Of a stretch of 64,000 nucleotides of DNA, positions 33,123 to 41,992 are shown one piece after another. Position numbers and translations under genes: made by a program. This DNA comes from Gammaproteobacteria bacterium (GTDB taxonomy: Bacteria > Pseudomonadota > Gammaproteobacteria > Ga0077536), in the NCBI GenBank assembly GCA_963662545.2, contig CAXXLL010000002.1, positions 1,600,001 to 1,664,000 of the forward strand, read 5' to 3'. The number at the start of each line of letters is the position of its first letter. Positions within the stretch are counted from its first letter, which is position 1. The notes below the pieces were generated by a model. The model was not told where the DNA came from. It saw only the letters and a program-made list of their open reading frames with translations, and searched no databases.

Positions 33123-34214
33123 TTACGCGACCGCTTTACGTTCGCCGAATCCGGTTTGAAATCGTGGCGCCACCTCGTTGGCGAACATCGTCATCGACCG
33201 CTCAATTTTTTCGAACGGCAAAGCGTACAGATCGCAATGCGCGACGAAATGGTTGTAACCCATCTCGATGTGGCGTTCGATTTTCTCGGCCACTGTGTCC
33301 GGTGAACCGACAAACAAGAGATCCAACACCTGTTCCATAACCTCCGGTTTCCCCAGGCTTTTCAGCATATTGAACAGCGCCATCCAGGATTCATAGCCCT
33401 TGATCTTGTCGAAGCGCGTGCTATCCACGGTGTAGTGTCTTTGTTGCAATTGAAAAAAACGGGTCATGGTTTCGCGTGCAATCGCGTAGGCCTCTGCGTC
33501 GGTCTCGGCAATGACCGTCGGCACCCAATTAATGCGGTCGGCGCTCGTATCGCCGCCAATTTCCGCGGTGACCTTCGCCCATTCCTTGATGTTTGCCTCC
33601 TGAACCTCCGGGTCGGGATAACCCGCATTCAACACCGGCAGACCCATTTCGGCGTATTTGCGGGCGCTGGTCGGATTCGCATACGGCCCGTAAAACGTGA
33701 TGTTTTCCGTCCTTGCCCGCGGTCGCAGTTCAACCTCCCGGGTGACGCTCACGAACTCGCCCTCATAGGTAAAGCTGCCCCCGGCCAACGCTTTTCGCAG
33801 GATCGCCAGCGCATCATTGAAGCGCCCCTGGGCGTCCGGCATGGGCACGCCGTAGGCCTCATGTTCCATCGGCGCCGTCCCGCGACCCACGCCCATATAG
33901 AGATGCCCATCGGTTTGGTTCGACAACATCGCGATCTCGGCCGCGAGGCGCAACGGCTGATACCATGGCAGCACTAAGACGCAGGTGCCGAGACCCAGTT
34001 CCGGGCATTGCGAAGCGATCTGGGAGAGCGTGATCATCGGGCTCGGTGTTGCATAGTAGTCGGTGAAATGATGCTCGGCCACCCAGACCGCCTCATAGCC
34101 CAGATCCCGCCCCAGCCGAGCGATCTTCATGCGTGTTTGGTAGATTGTGTGGTCGTCCGAACCGAGTGCATCCGTCGGGTTTGCGGAAAAATCAAAATGA
34201 ATGTCCTGTGTCAC
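33123..34214 (-). CDS. Luciferase-like (LLM) flavin-dependent oxidoreductase
   Basis: WVAEHHF, P.RLAAEIAML, GVGRG, VGSPDTV. Confidence 0.92.
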   Translation of the reverse strand: MTQDIHFDFSANPTDALGSDDHTIYQTRMKIARLGRDLGYEAVWVAEHHFTDYYATPSPMITLSQIASQCPELGLGTCVLVLPWYQPLRLAAEIAMLSNQTDGHLYMGVGRGTAPMEHEAYGVPMPDAQGRFNDALAILRKALAGGSFTYEGEFVSVTREVELRPRARTENITFYGPYANPTSARKYAEMGLPVLNAGYPDPEVQEANIKEWAKVTAEIGGDTSADRINWVPTVIAETDAEAYAIARETMTRFFQLQQRHYTVDSTRFDKIKGYESWMALFNMLKSLGKPEVMEQVLDLLFVGSPDTVAEKIERHIEMGYNHFVAHCDLYALPFEKIERSMTMFANEVAPRFQTGFGERKAVA

Positions 34215-34290
34215 TGACGATCCTCCAATAAACCAAGCCTAAGATAATGGCGCATTTTCACATGTAACGGCGGCTTATGACACCCGTGAT

Positions 34291-35312
34291 GTCCGTTATG
34301 GGTGTGCGCCGTGCAAAGGCGGCGTTCTTCAGTGGGTGCAAGTCCCACCCGGCAACTGTCGCTCCAGCCGGAAGCAATCGGAGCAGTCATGGAGGTAACA
34401 AGATGGCTGAAGCCTTCGGTGTAGAGGGTCACTAGGTGACTTGGCGAGTGTGCAGGCCGTAAGGTGAGTGAACGCTGAGCAAGCCTCGAAAAGGACGATG
34501 CACGTGCCGACCGGTCAACCCCTATCGGGAAGGCTGAAAGGGCTGGGGAAGCGAGCGATGAGCGCACCCAGTCGGCGTGCCGGGGTAGTGGCGATGGCAT
34601 GTACACAGAGGAGAACGCGCGCAACACGGGAAGCCCGATGGCGTGGTCGGTCGTGGCGATCAACCGGAGACCGGTGACGGTCAGAGAGGGCGCTATGGGG
34701 TGGCGGAGAGGCCCGTAGTACTGAGGAAGCCGGGTAATGCTGGTGGAGGGAAGGGGCCTTAGTTCAAGACGGGCACTGAAAGCGGCAAAGCACAGGAGAT
34801 TGGGGCAACCCTAGGCAACTCCGGTAAGGTGCGGGCGCGGTGGAAGGCGTCACATGTTGAAGCGAAGGAAGAACCCGGATTGCGATCTGGGAAGCGAATG
34901 CCCACCCAAGTGGTGGCATTGGCGGTTGTGTGCAGAACGCTCGGTTCGTGCACGTCGGGATACACGGCCCGGTGTGGTGGGTCGGGTGAACTGCGGATGA
35001 CCTTTCGTGTGCCAAGGCATGAGTCTTGTCCGAGAGCCGGATGCGGTAGTTCCGCCTGTCCGGTTCGATGAGGAGGATGTGGAAACGGAGTGATGGTCCG
35101 GCTATTGAGGCACCGCCAGACGAAAGGGGCGGCAACAGATTGGCTGAACCTTAGACCACCGCGCCACATCCTTACTCTACCGATAGCCGCCTGATCGCGG
35201 CAGTGCAGCACCGCTAAAGTTTACGTCTGCAATGCGCTTGTAAGCGGTCGTCGAGTTGCTTCAAGCATCGAGTCGAGAGGGTACGACGACTTTCGACCAA
35301 CCAGAAGCGGTC
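34291..35312 (+). repeat. Tripartite site copy S8 (A split by the intron; B at 35225; C at 35285 with ACCA duplication)
   Basis: GTCCGTT-ATGGGT|CGAT-AGCCGCC, 33 nt, B, 35 nt, GACGACT-TTCGACCAACCAGA-AGCGGTC. Confidence 0.85.
34304..35180 (+). mobile_element. Group II intron lacking an RT ORF (877 nt)
   Basis: 5' GTGCG; domain V GAGCCGGATGCGGTAGTTCCGCCTGTCCGGTTC (~35034-35066); 3' end CTTACTCTAC; only a short remnant resembling an IEP N-terminus (HVEAKEEPG). Confidence 0.9.
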
Positions 35313-35423
35313 CTTCTCGGCCCGAACTCCGGCGTTTAATAACGCGGAAATAGGCGGTGCGCGCCGCGCCAGTGGCTTACGGGTGTACAATGCACGAGGA
35401 CTAACCGCGGAGATGCTAAGACC

Positions 35424-35894
35424 ATGAGCGCCAAACCCATCACCACGCCGCCCGGCTGTGACCTGTACGACCATGAGATCGATTGGCAGCCCTTCGCCGG
35501 CATCGAAAACCTCGAACTCACACTGTGTGATCTCGACGAAGAACGCCACGTAGTCGATCTGATCGTGCGCTTCGCGCCTAACAAGACCGTGACTATGCAT
35601 AATCACCTGGCGCAGACCAACATGCTCATCATCCAGGGGGAACTGCGCATGTACGAACCAGACGGCAGCATCCGCGAGGCGCGACCGGCCGGACGCTATT
35701 ACCGCGGTCGCACCGACGACACACACAGCGAGGGCGGCGGCCCGGACGGCGCGGTGGTCTTCTACAGCATGCGCTGCGACGGTGCGCACGACGTACTTGA
35801 AATTATGGACGAAGCTGCCAACGTGCAGGCGACGTTGACCATGGATGACGTTCGGGCGGCGTGGGACGCGCAGCAGCAAGCCCGTTCGGCGTGA
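35424..35894 (+). CDS. Cupin-like protein
   Basis: HNHLAQT..LIIQGE...HSEGGG. Confidence 0.75.
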   Translation: MSAKPITTPPGCDLYDHEIDWQPFAGIENLELTLCDLDEERHVVDLIVRFAPNKTVTMHNHLAQTNMLIIQGELRMYEPDGSIREARPAGRYYRGRTDDTHSEGGGPDGAVVFYSMRCDGAHDVLEIMDEAANVQATLTMDDVRAAWDAQQQARSA

Positions 35895-35967
35895 CGAGCG
35901 TGCGTATAGTCACTGTTCAATCAATTTCAGCGTCTCCTTAGAAGAAAACTGGAAACCAGGGTCGTGG

Positions 35968-36272
35968 GACCGCTCAGGGTCGTGAGCCGCCCACTCACGG
36001 CAGTGCAGTACCGCTCCAAATCACGTCTGCAATACCCTCAATAGCGGTCGCCCACTAGCGTTCGGCGGAACGTTAGCCGAGCAGGTCAGCTCACGGCCGA
36101 GGCTGTGTGAAAACTCAAAAACGGGACGACGAAAATAAAAAATTCTCCACCAACATAGTAGTTAAGGCCGTTGAAAAGGGATCGACATTTCAATTAGATC
36201 CAATTTCGAGTGTAGTTCCCCCACTTTTGAAAAACCAAAATAGTTTTCACACAGCCTCGGCCATGATCGGTC
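35968..36272 (+). repeat. Tripartite site copy S9 (A-33-B-35-C; MITE in C)
   Basis: GACCGCT-CAGGGTCGTG-AGCCGCC; GTCTGCA-ATACCCTCAAT-AGCGGTC at 36025; GTCAGCT-CACGGCC|ATG-ATCGGTC. Confidence 0.85.
36099..36258. mobile_element. MITE, 160 bp, IS1182-like ends
   Basis: IR GAGGCTGTGTGAAAAC / GTTTTCACACAGCCTC; DR GGCC. Confidence 0.88.
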
Positions 36273-36347
36273 ATAAACATCTTCATACTTTGCAAAAGAA
36301 AACCCCGCGCTAAGGTGGAGCTTCGTATTCTGATAGCGGTCCGGCAT

Positions 36348-36622
36348 TCCTTCCGCCCGAGCACCCCCGCAAGCGAAGTTGCCGACCCTCAACGACTGAG
36401 GCTCGATGTCACCCCTAAACTCAACCACGGATGCCAGGCCTCTTAAGCCAACGGTCACAGCCTCGCGCGCCCACACCCCTGTAGCACCAGCCAACGCCGA
36501 ACATCGACCACCGAACAACGCTAAACTCGGCTCATCACCGCCTCAGAACTACTCAATTGGTTCTCGTTGACGAGACGCGCGACCGACGCATGGTCGAAAA
36601 ATGGCCGTTATTCGCTCTAGAC
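36348..36622 (+). mobile_element. Possible ISCR/IS91 3'-end remnant
   Basis: PSARAPPQ...* resembles an ISCR transposase C-terminus; oriIS-like AAATGGCCGTTATTCGCTCTAGAC downstream. Confidence 0.35.
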
Positions 36623-36863
36623 TCCGATCTGCAATCTCCCCACAATCGTGATCGAGTATGTCACGTGCTCCAAATGGTAATTGTTACAAAGGGGGTCATA
36701 AGTAACCGATCATTGCCACAGACTTTGGTGCGCTACGGAGTACGTTTTTCCAATGAAGTGATGTTCGGATACTTTGTTTCGCCTTAGTAACTAGTGTGTA
36801 GTGCCCATCCAGGCTACATATTCGGATCTTCGTTTAACATAGCGCGGACCGGTTAACTGGGGG

Positions 36864-37517
36864 ATGACGTTGGCGAAGCTCGAGTTCTTCTTCGATTTTG
36901 CCAGCCCGTGGACCTATATGGCCTACTGCCGTGTCGAATCGATCGTCGCGGAGACCGGGTCGGATCTCGAATGGCGGCCGTTCGACATGAGCGACGTGTT
37001 CTAGAAGGCCAACCCCGGTGTTGCGACGATGCGCGCAAACCCCGTGCCTGCCAAAATCACGCACTATTACAAGGATATGCAGGATTGGGCGCGACGCCTT
37101 GGCATTACGATCGGCCGGCCGCCGGTATACGGCGGCGCTGCGCAACAATTACGCTGCGTTAAAGCGCTTAGCGGCGCATTGATCGCGCTGGAGCGAGATT
37201 GCATATCCGATTACTCACGTGCGATGTTCGAAGCGTACTGGCACGACTTGCGTGATCTTTCCGATGACGATGTATTGACCAATATCGTCTCGGATCTGGG
37301 CTTTGATGCGTCTGAATTTCTACAACGAGTCAACTCATCCGAGTTAAAAAACGAAATCGTCGCAAACGCCGAAGAGCTCATAGCCCGAGGCGGCTTCGGT
37401 TCGCCGACCTTTTTCGTCGACGGTGATGATATGTATTTCGGCAATGATCGGTTGGACTTCATACGTGAAGCACTATCGCATCGTCCAGATATCGCCGCGG
37501 GTAGCGGGCAGGGTTAA
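36864..37517 (+). pseudogene. 2-hydroxychromene-2-carboxylate isomerase (DsbA/kappa-GST) with in-frame TAG at 37002
   Basis: LEFFFDFASPWTY...WRPF..VF*KAN...RGGFGSPTFFV...FGNDRL in a single frame. Confidence 0.85.
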
Positions 37518-37522
37518 CGAGC

Positions 37523-38275
37523 TTGGAAGGCCAGGTCGCAATTGTAACCGGCGCTGGCAGCGGCATCGGCGCGGCCATCGTACGTGAATTCGTAACGTTG
37601 GGGGCTGCGGTGCTGATCGTGGACATCGATGGTGACCATGCTGCGAAGGTAGCGAAAGAACTGACAGACACCGGCGGGCACGCCGCGAGTTTAACGGTTG
37701 ACGTCACCGATCAAGCACAGGTCGACACCATCTCCAGCGCCGCGATCGAGCAATTCGGTGCCATTCATATCCTCGTGAACTGTGCCGGCATCGGTGAAAA
37801 CACGACGATCGCTGAGCACAGTATCGAACAATTCGAACGCATCATCGCGGTCAACTTGACTGGTAGCTACCGCTGTATCCGTGAGGTCATGGGCGAGATG
37901 ATGGCGCGCAAGTACGGCCGGATCATCAATGTGTCATCGGTCGCGGGGCTGCGCGGATGCGCGGGCCGTATCGGTTACGGCACGTCGAAGGCTGGCGTCA
38001 TCGGCTTGACCAAACATGCTGCGGTGGAGTTGGCGCCCTACAACATCACTGTCAACGCCATCGCGCCGGGTCCTATCGACACACCGTTGACCCAGGCGAT
38101 CCACCCACCAGACACGCGTGAGCAGTTCAACCGGGTTATCCCGCTGCACCGCTATGGTACGCTGGACGAAGTCGCGTTCAGCGTGGCCTTTTTGGCATCC
38201 GAGCGCGCGAGCTACATGACCGGACACACGCTCACCCTCGACGGCGGTTTCAGTTCGTCGGTCGCCATTTTCTGA
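37523..38275 (+). CDS. SDR oxidoreductase
   Basis: TGAGSGIG, YGTSK, VNAIAPG. Confidence 0.93.
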   Translation: MEGQVAIVTGAGSGIGAAIVREFVTLGAAVLIVDIDGDHAAKVAKELTDTGGHAASLTVDVTDQAQVDTISSAAIEQFGAIHILVNCAGIGENTTIAEHSIEQFERIIAVNLTGSYRCIREVMGEMMARKYGRIINVSSVAGLRGCAGRIGYGTSKAGVIGLTKHAAVELAPYNITVNAIAPGPIDTPLTQAIHPPDTREQFNRVIPLHRYGTLDEVAFSVAFLASERASYMTGHTLTLDGGFSSSVAIF

Positions 38276-38285
38276 AGGAGATCCC

Positions 38286-39353
38286 ATGAGATTTAGCATC
38301 ATTATCGTCCCGCAAGTTCGAGACGGGGAGCCTGAAGTATTCGAACAGATCGTTGAACAGATCGAATATGCCGAAGAGCTTGGCTACGACACCGTTTGGC
38401 TGACCGAACACCATTTCAGCCCCTACGGGCGGGCGGCCGTGCCGAGTATTGCGGCCCATGCCATCGCGCGGACCAAAAAAATTCGGATCAGCACGGCCGT
38501 TGTGGTTCTACCGTTTCATCACCCCGTGCGGGTCGCCGAAGAGTGGGCAACCCTCGATCACATGTCCAAGGGCCGTGTAGACGTCGGTCTCGGTCGGGGT
38601 AACCAGCCCGCGGAGTTCAAAGGTTTCGGCATTCCCATGGACGAGGCCGAACAGCGCTTCGCCGAATCCTTGGCGATCATCAAGCGCGCTTGGACCGAAG
38701 AGCGGTTCTCCTACGCTGGGCAATTCTGGCAGATCGAAGATCTGTCGGTACTACCCAAACCCTTTACGAAACCCCATCCGCCGTTATGGCAGGCCGCTTT
38801 GAGCGACTATACCGTCCAGAAGGTCATCGACCGCGACATCAACGGTCTGATCGGACCTTATCTGTGTCCGTACGAAACCTTGAAAACGAATTATTTCGAC
38901 GTGTGGCACGGACGTCTCCGCGAAGCCGGTCGAACTGATCTGGCCTTAGCACACAATGAGTTCGTCTATGTCGGCGAGAGTGACGCACAAGTCAAAGCCG
39001 ACATCGAGGAAAACATCATGTGGTATATCCGCACGGCCGCGAAGATTTGGGGCGAGCGCGATCGAAGCAAAGTCGCGAGTCAGTACGCGAATTACAACGA
39101 CATTCTCGAATACCTCGACGTCGTCCCATTCAGCGAGGTCTATAACGAATTGGGTATGTTCGGAACGCCCGACGCGGTAGCGGAAAAAGTCCGTTGGATG
39201 CGCGACGAAGGCGGTGTCGAGCAACTCATTAACTTCACGTGGTTTGGCGGCATCAGTCAGGAAAAGGCACTGCGCAACATGGAGCTGTTTGCGCACGAAG
39301 TGATGCCGCGGTTTAAGGAGCTGGTAGAAGTCGCCGGCGCGTTCGGGGCTTAA
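38286..39353 (+). CDS. LLM flavin-dependent oxidoreductase
   Basis: WLTEHHF, HPVRVAEE, GLGRG. Confidence 0.92.
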   Translation: MRFSIIIVPQVRDGEPEVFEQIVEQIEYAEELGYDTVWLTEHHFSPYGRAAVPSIAAHAIARTKKIRISTAVVVLPFHHPVRVAEEWATLDHMSKGRVDVGLGRGNQPAEFKGFGIPMDEAEQRFAESLAIIKRAWTEERFSYAGQFWQIEDLSVLPKPFTKPHPPLWQAALSDYTVQKVIDRDINGLIGPYLCPYETLKTNYFDVWHGRLREAGRTDLALAHNEFVYVGESDAQVKADIEENIMWYIRTAAKIWGERDRSKVASQYANYNDILEYLDVVPFSEVYNELGMFGTPDAVAEKVRWMRDEGGVEQLINFTWFGGISQEKALRNMELFAHEVMPRFKELVEVAGAFGA

Positions 39354-39394
39354 TTAGAGACCGTCGCGAAATTTACAGCACGGAGAAGCGCTCG

Positions 39395-40450
39395 ATGGGT
39401 GAGGAAACATTGAATAGAGAAATGATCGACGTATTTCGCGAAGAGTTGCGGCTTTGCGGTGTAGGTCCCGGCGAGAAGGTCGCGGTGCTGTCCGAAGGCG
39501 ATATCTTGCAAGATTACTCAGAGGCGTTTTTGCACGGTGCTGAAGAACTCGGCGCGGACGCCGTGCGCGTCAACGTCGCCGCGTCAGATACCAATGCCGG
39601 TGCGGAAGCGCGCCTCGCAGATTTGGGCACGAGTGCCTTGTCGACCGACCGTGAGTCGTTGGAGACGCTCAAAGGGTCTGACCTGGTCGTCGATCTGATG
39701 CTGCTGTTGTTTTCAAAAGAGCAACTCGAGATCCAGGCCTCGGGTACCCGCATCTTGCTCGCAGTCGAGCCTTTTGAATCCTTGAAACGTCTGTTCCCGA
39801 CGGACGCCCAGCGTAAGCGCGTGGAGTCCGGCGCGCGTCGCATGTTCGCAGCCGAGACCCTGCGGTTTACCAATGGCGTTGGCACCGACGTCCGCTATGA
39901 ACTGTTAAAGGGGCCGCCAACCAAATGCGTCATCACCGAATACGGTTTCACCGATATTCCCGGTCGCTGGGACCACTGGCCAAGCGGCTTTCTCGCCTCG
40001 GCTGGGACTAAGACGGGCGTCGAAGGACGGGTGGTGATGGATGTCGATGACATGATCTTGCCGTGGAAGCAGCTACTGCGCGCTCCCATCGATTTAACCA
40101 TTCGCGACGGCGTGATCACCGATGTCGCGGGAGGCGATGACGCGAAACAGTTTCGTGAGTACGTCGAAAGTTTTGAAGACCCGCGCGCCTATGGGATTTC
40201 ACACATTGGCTGGGGACTGAACGAAAACGCGAATTGGGATGTGAACGTGCCCGGCATCTGTCAGGACGGACGCGCCTACTACGGCAACGTGCTTTTTTCG
40301 ATCGGCCCGAATATCGAATTCGGCGGTGACAACGATACCGCCTGTCACCTGGATCTACCGATGAAGAATTGTTCGCTGTGGCTGGATGATGATCTGATCG
40401 TCGAAAACGGTCGCGTCATTCCCGACGATATGCGGGCGCCGGGGCGTTAG
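39395..40450 (+). CDS. NicX-like (2,5-dihydroxypyridine 5,6-dioxygenase-like) M29-fold protein
   Basis: PGRWDHWPSGF, SHIGWGLN, FS.GPN, CHLDLPM. Confidence 0.75.
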   Translation: MGEETLNREMIDVFREELRLCGVGPGEKVAVLSEGDILQDYSEAFLHGAEELGADAVRVNVAASDTNAGAEARLADLGTSALSTDRESLETLKGSDLVVDLMLLLFSKEQLEIQASGTRILLAVEPFESLKRLFPTDAQRKRVESGARRMFAAETLRFTNGVGTDVRYELLKGPPTKCVITEYGFTDIPGRWDHWPSGFLASAGTKTGVEGRVVMDVDDMILPWKQLLRAPIDLTIRDGVITDVAGGDDAKQFREYVESFEDPRAYGISHIGWGLNENANWDVNVPGICQDGRAYYGNVLFSIGPNIEFGGDNDTACHLDLPMKNCSLWLDDDLIVENGRVIPDDMRAPGR

Positions 40451-40462
40451 ACCAGGCAACGC

Positions 40463-40561
40463 ATGTCCCACACCGAAATCTGCCGCATGGATGCGGCCAC
40501 ACTCGCCGACAACATTCGTTCCAAGGCACTCTCGCCTACCGAGGTCATCGAGGCTGTCCTG
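40463..40561 (+). pseudogene. Amidase N-terminal fragment
   Basis: MSHTEICRMDAATLADNIRSKALSPTEVIEAVL, then abrupt switch to transposase sequence. Confidence 0.65.
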
Positions 40562-40563
40562 CC

Positions 40564-40935
40564 CTCGCGGCACTCATTCCCAAACTCCGCGTCAACCTCA
40601 TCCGCTACCACGGCGTGTTCACCCCGAACAGTCCACACCGCGCAGCGGACACCCCCGCCCGTCGCGGCCGCAAAGCGCCAGGTACCAAGGGTTCCGAAAC
40701 ACCCGTCGAGCGCCGCGCCGCCATGAGCTGGGCGCAACGCCTCAAGCGCGTGTTCAACATCGACATTGAAACCTGCGAGGTATGTGGCGGTGCGGTGAAG
40801 GTCATCGCCTGCATCGAAGATCCCGCTGTCATCCAACGCATCCTCGACCATCTCGACCACCGCTCTGCACAGCCGACGCTTGTCTGCGTCCTTCCTTCAC
40901 TACCGCTCCGGTCGGCCGAAGCAAACGCACGATAA
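40564..40935 (+). pseudogene. ISCR-type (IS91-like) transposase C-terminal remnant
   Basis: LAALIPKLRVNLIRYHGVFTPNS...MSWAQRLKRVFNIDIETC..CGG.VKVIACIEDP.VI.RIL.HL. Confidence 0.85.
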
Positions 40936-40949
40936 TGCATCGCAACAAG

Positions 40950-41254
40950 TCCGGTCGTTCCCGGTCTAATCGCGGCAGTGCAACACTGGTAAGGATTACG
41001 TCCGCAATCCTCTCGAAAGCGGTCGTCCAGTAGCGTTCGGCGGAACATTAGCGGAGCACGTCGGCTCACGGCCGAGGCTGTGTCAAAAGTCGAAAAATGG
41101 AGCCCGCTGCGAAAATTTTCCCCAATGCACGACTTAGATTGTTATGCACGATTGATTAAGGGAACACACCGCCTAAGGTAGGCAAATCGAGCTAAACTTC
41201 TCCCACTTTCAAAATTCAAAAATACTTTTGACACAGCCTCGGCCAGAAGCCGAC
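40950..41254 (+). repeat. Tripartite site copy S10 (partial A-33-B-35-C; MITE in C)
   Basis: B GTCCGCA-ATCCTCTCGAA-AGCGGTC at 41000; C GTCGGCT-CACGGCC|AGA-AGCCGAC at 41060. Confidence 0.85.
41074..41240. mobile_element. MITE, 167 bp, sibling of 20542..20716
   Basis: Same IRs, largely identical interior, DR GGCC. Confidence 0.88.
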
Positions 41255-41425
41255 ATCACGTCCCGAGTTCCACTACCTTTGACAGCACTATTGTCTGTCC
41301 GTCAGTGGCCCCGTTTCCTGAGAGAAAAGTGGGCGTGCACGCAGAGCCCGAACGAGTGTGTGCACAGTGGCTATACTTGGATCTGGTGCGCAGAAGTTCT
41401 GGCTGCGGGGGAGGAGTGTGTCGCG

Positions 41426-41860
41426 ATGTCACGTTTATTTGTCATGCTCGCAAGTATGCTCGTGATTCCAGCCGTGGGCGCGTTCGATACGGAACACGAT
41501 AGCCGTGCCTTGCTCTATTTTGAGGTCCCGTTCGGCAAAGCGGCAGCAGCTCCGTCGTATTCTTTCGGAGTTCGTCTGGAGCGGGTGAATCACCAGGAGA
41601 AGATGGTGGTTTCGATGACTCGTCCCGTGAGGGCCGCTCCAGTCATGGATATTCGAGGAACCCTCGAAGGAATCAGTTCCTGGACGATAAACGGTGAGGA
41701 ACTCCTCGCTAATCGATATGTGACAAGCGCGGCCGAAGGGGGTTCTAAGACGGTCGTAATAACCATCGTTGTGGTGGCAGCGGTTGTGGGCGCGGCTCTA
41801 TTGATAGTTGACGCGGTGGAGGATGAGATCGAAGAGAGTATTGACTTCAGCAACAATTAG
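41426..41860 (+). CDS. Hypothetical exported/membrane protein
   Basis: GAGGAG RBS, signal peptide, C-terminal TM helix. Confidence 0.6.
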   Translation: MSRLFVMLASMLVIPAVGAFDTEHDSRALLYFEVPFGKAAAAPSYSFGVRLERVNHQEKMVVSMTRPVRAAPVMDIRGTLEGISSWTINGEELLANRYVTSAAEGGSKTVVITIVVVAAVVGAALLIVDAVEDEIEESIDFSNN

Positions 41861-41992
41861 AACCTTCGGACGTGTTGCCTCAAGAAGGAATGTTACCGAA
41901 GTGTGACACCGTTGGGGCCGGCTCCTTAAGTGACCGGAAAAGTTGACAGTATTATTTTCTCTGTGAAGAGATAAATCCGTACGAGGCTGCAT

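Noticed and set aside
37002-37004. Recoded stop (pyrrolysine or readthrough) in the HCCA isomerase-like gene
   Set aside because: The TAG is not at a recognisable catalytic motif, the block is otherwise decaying, and no pyl genes are seen; a nonsense mutation is simpler.
20411-41254. CRISPR array
   Set aside because: Full repeat units are kilobases apart, the sub-sites are degenerate, the 33-nt linkers are conserved rather than unique spacers, and no cas genes are present.
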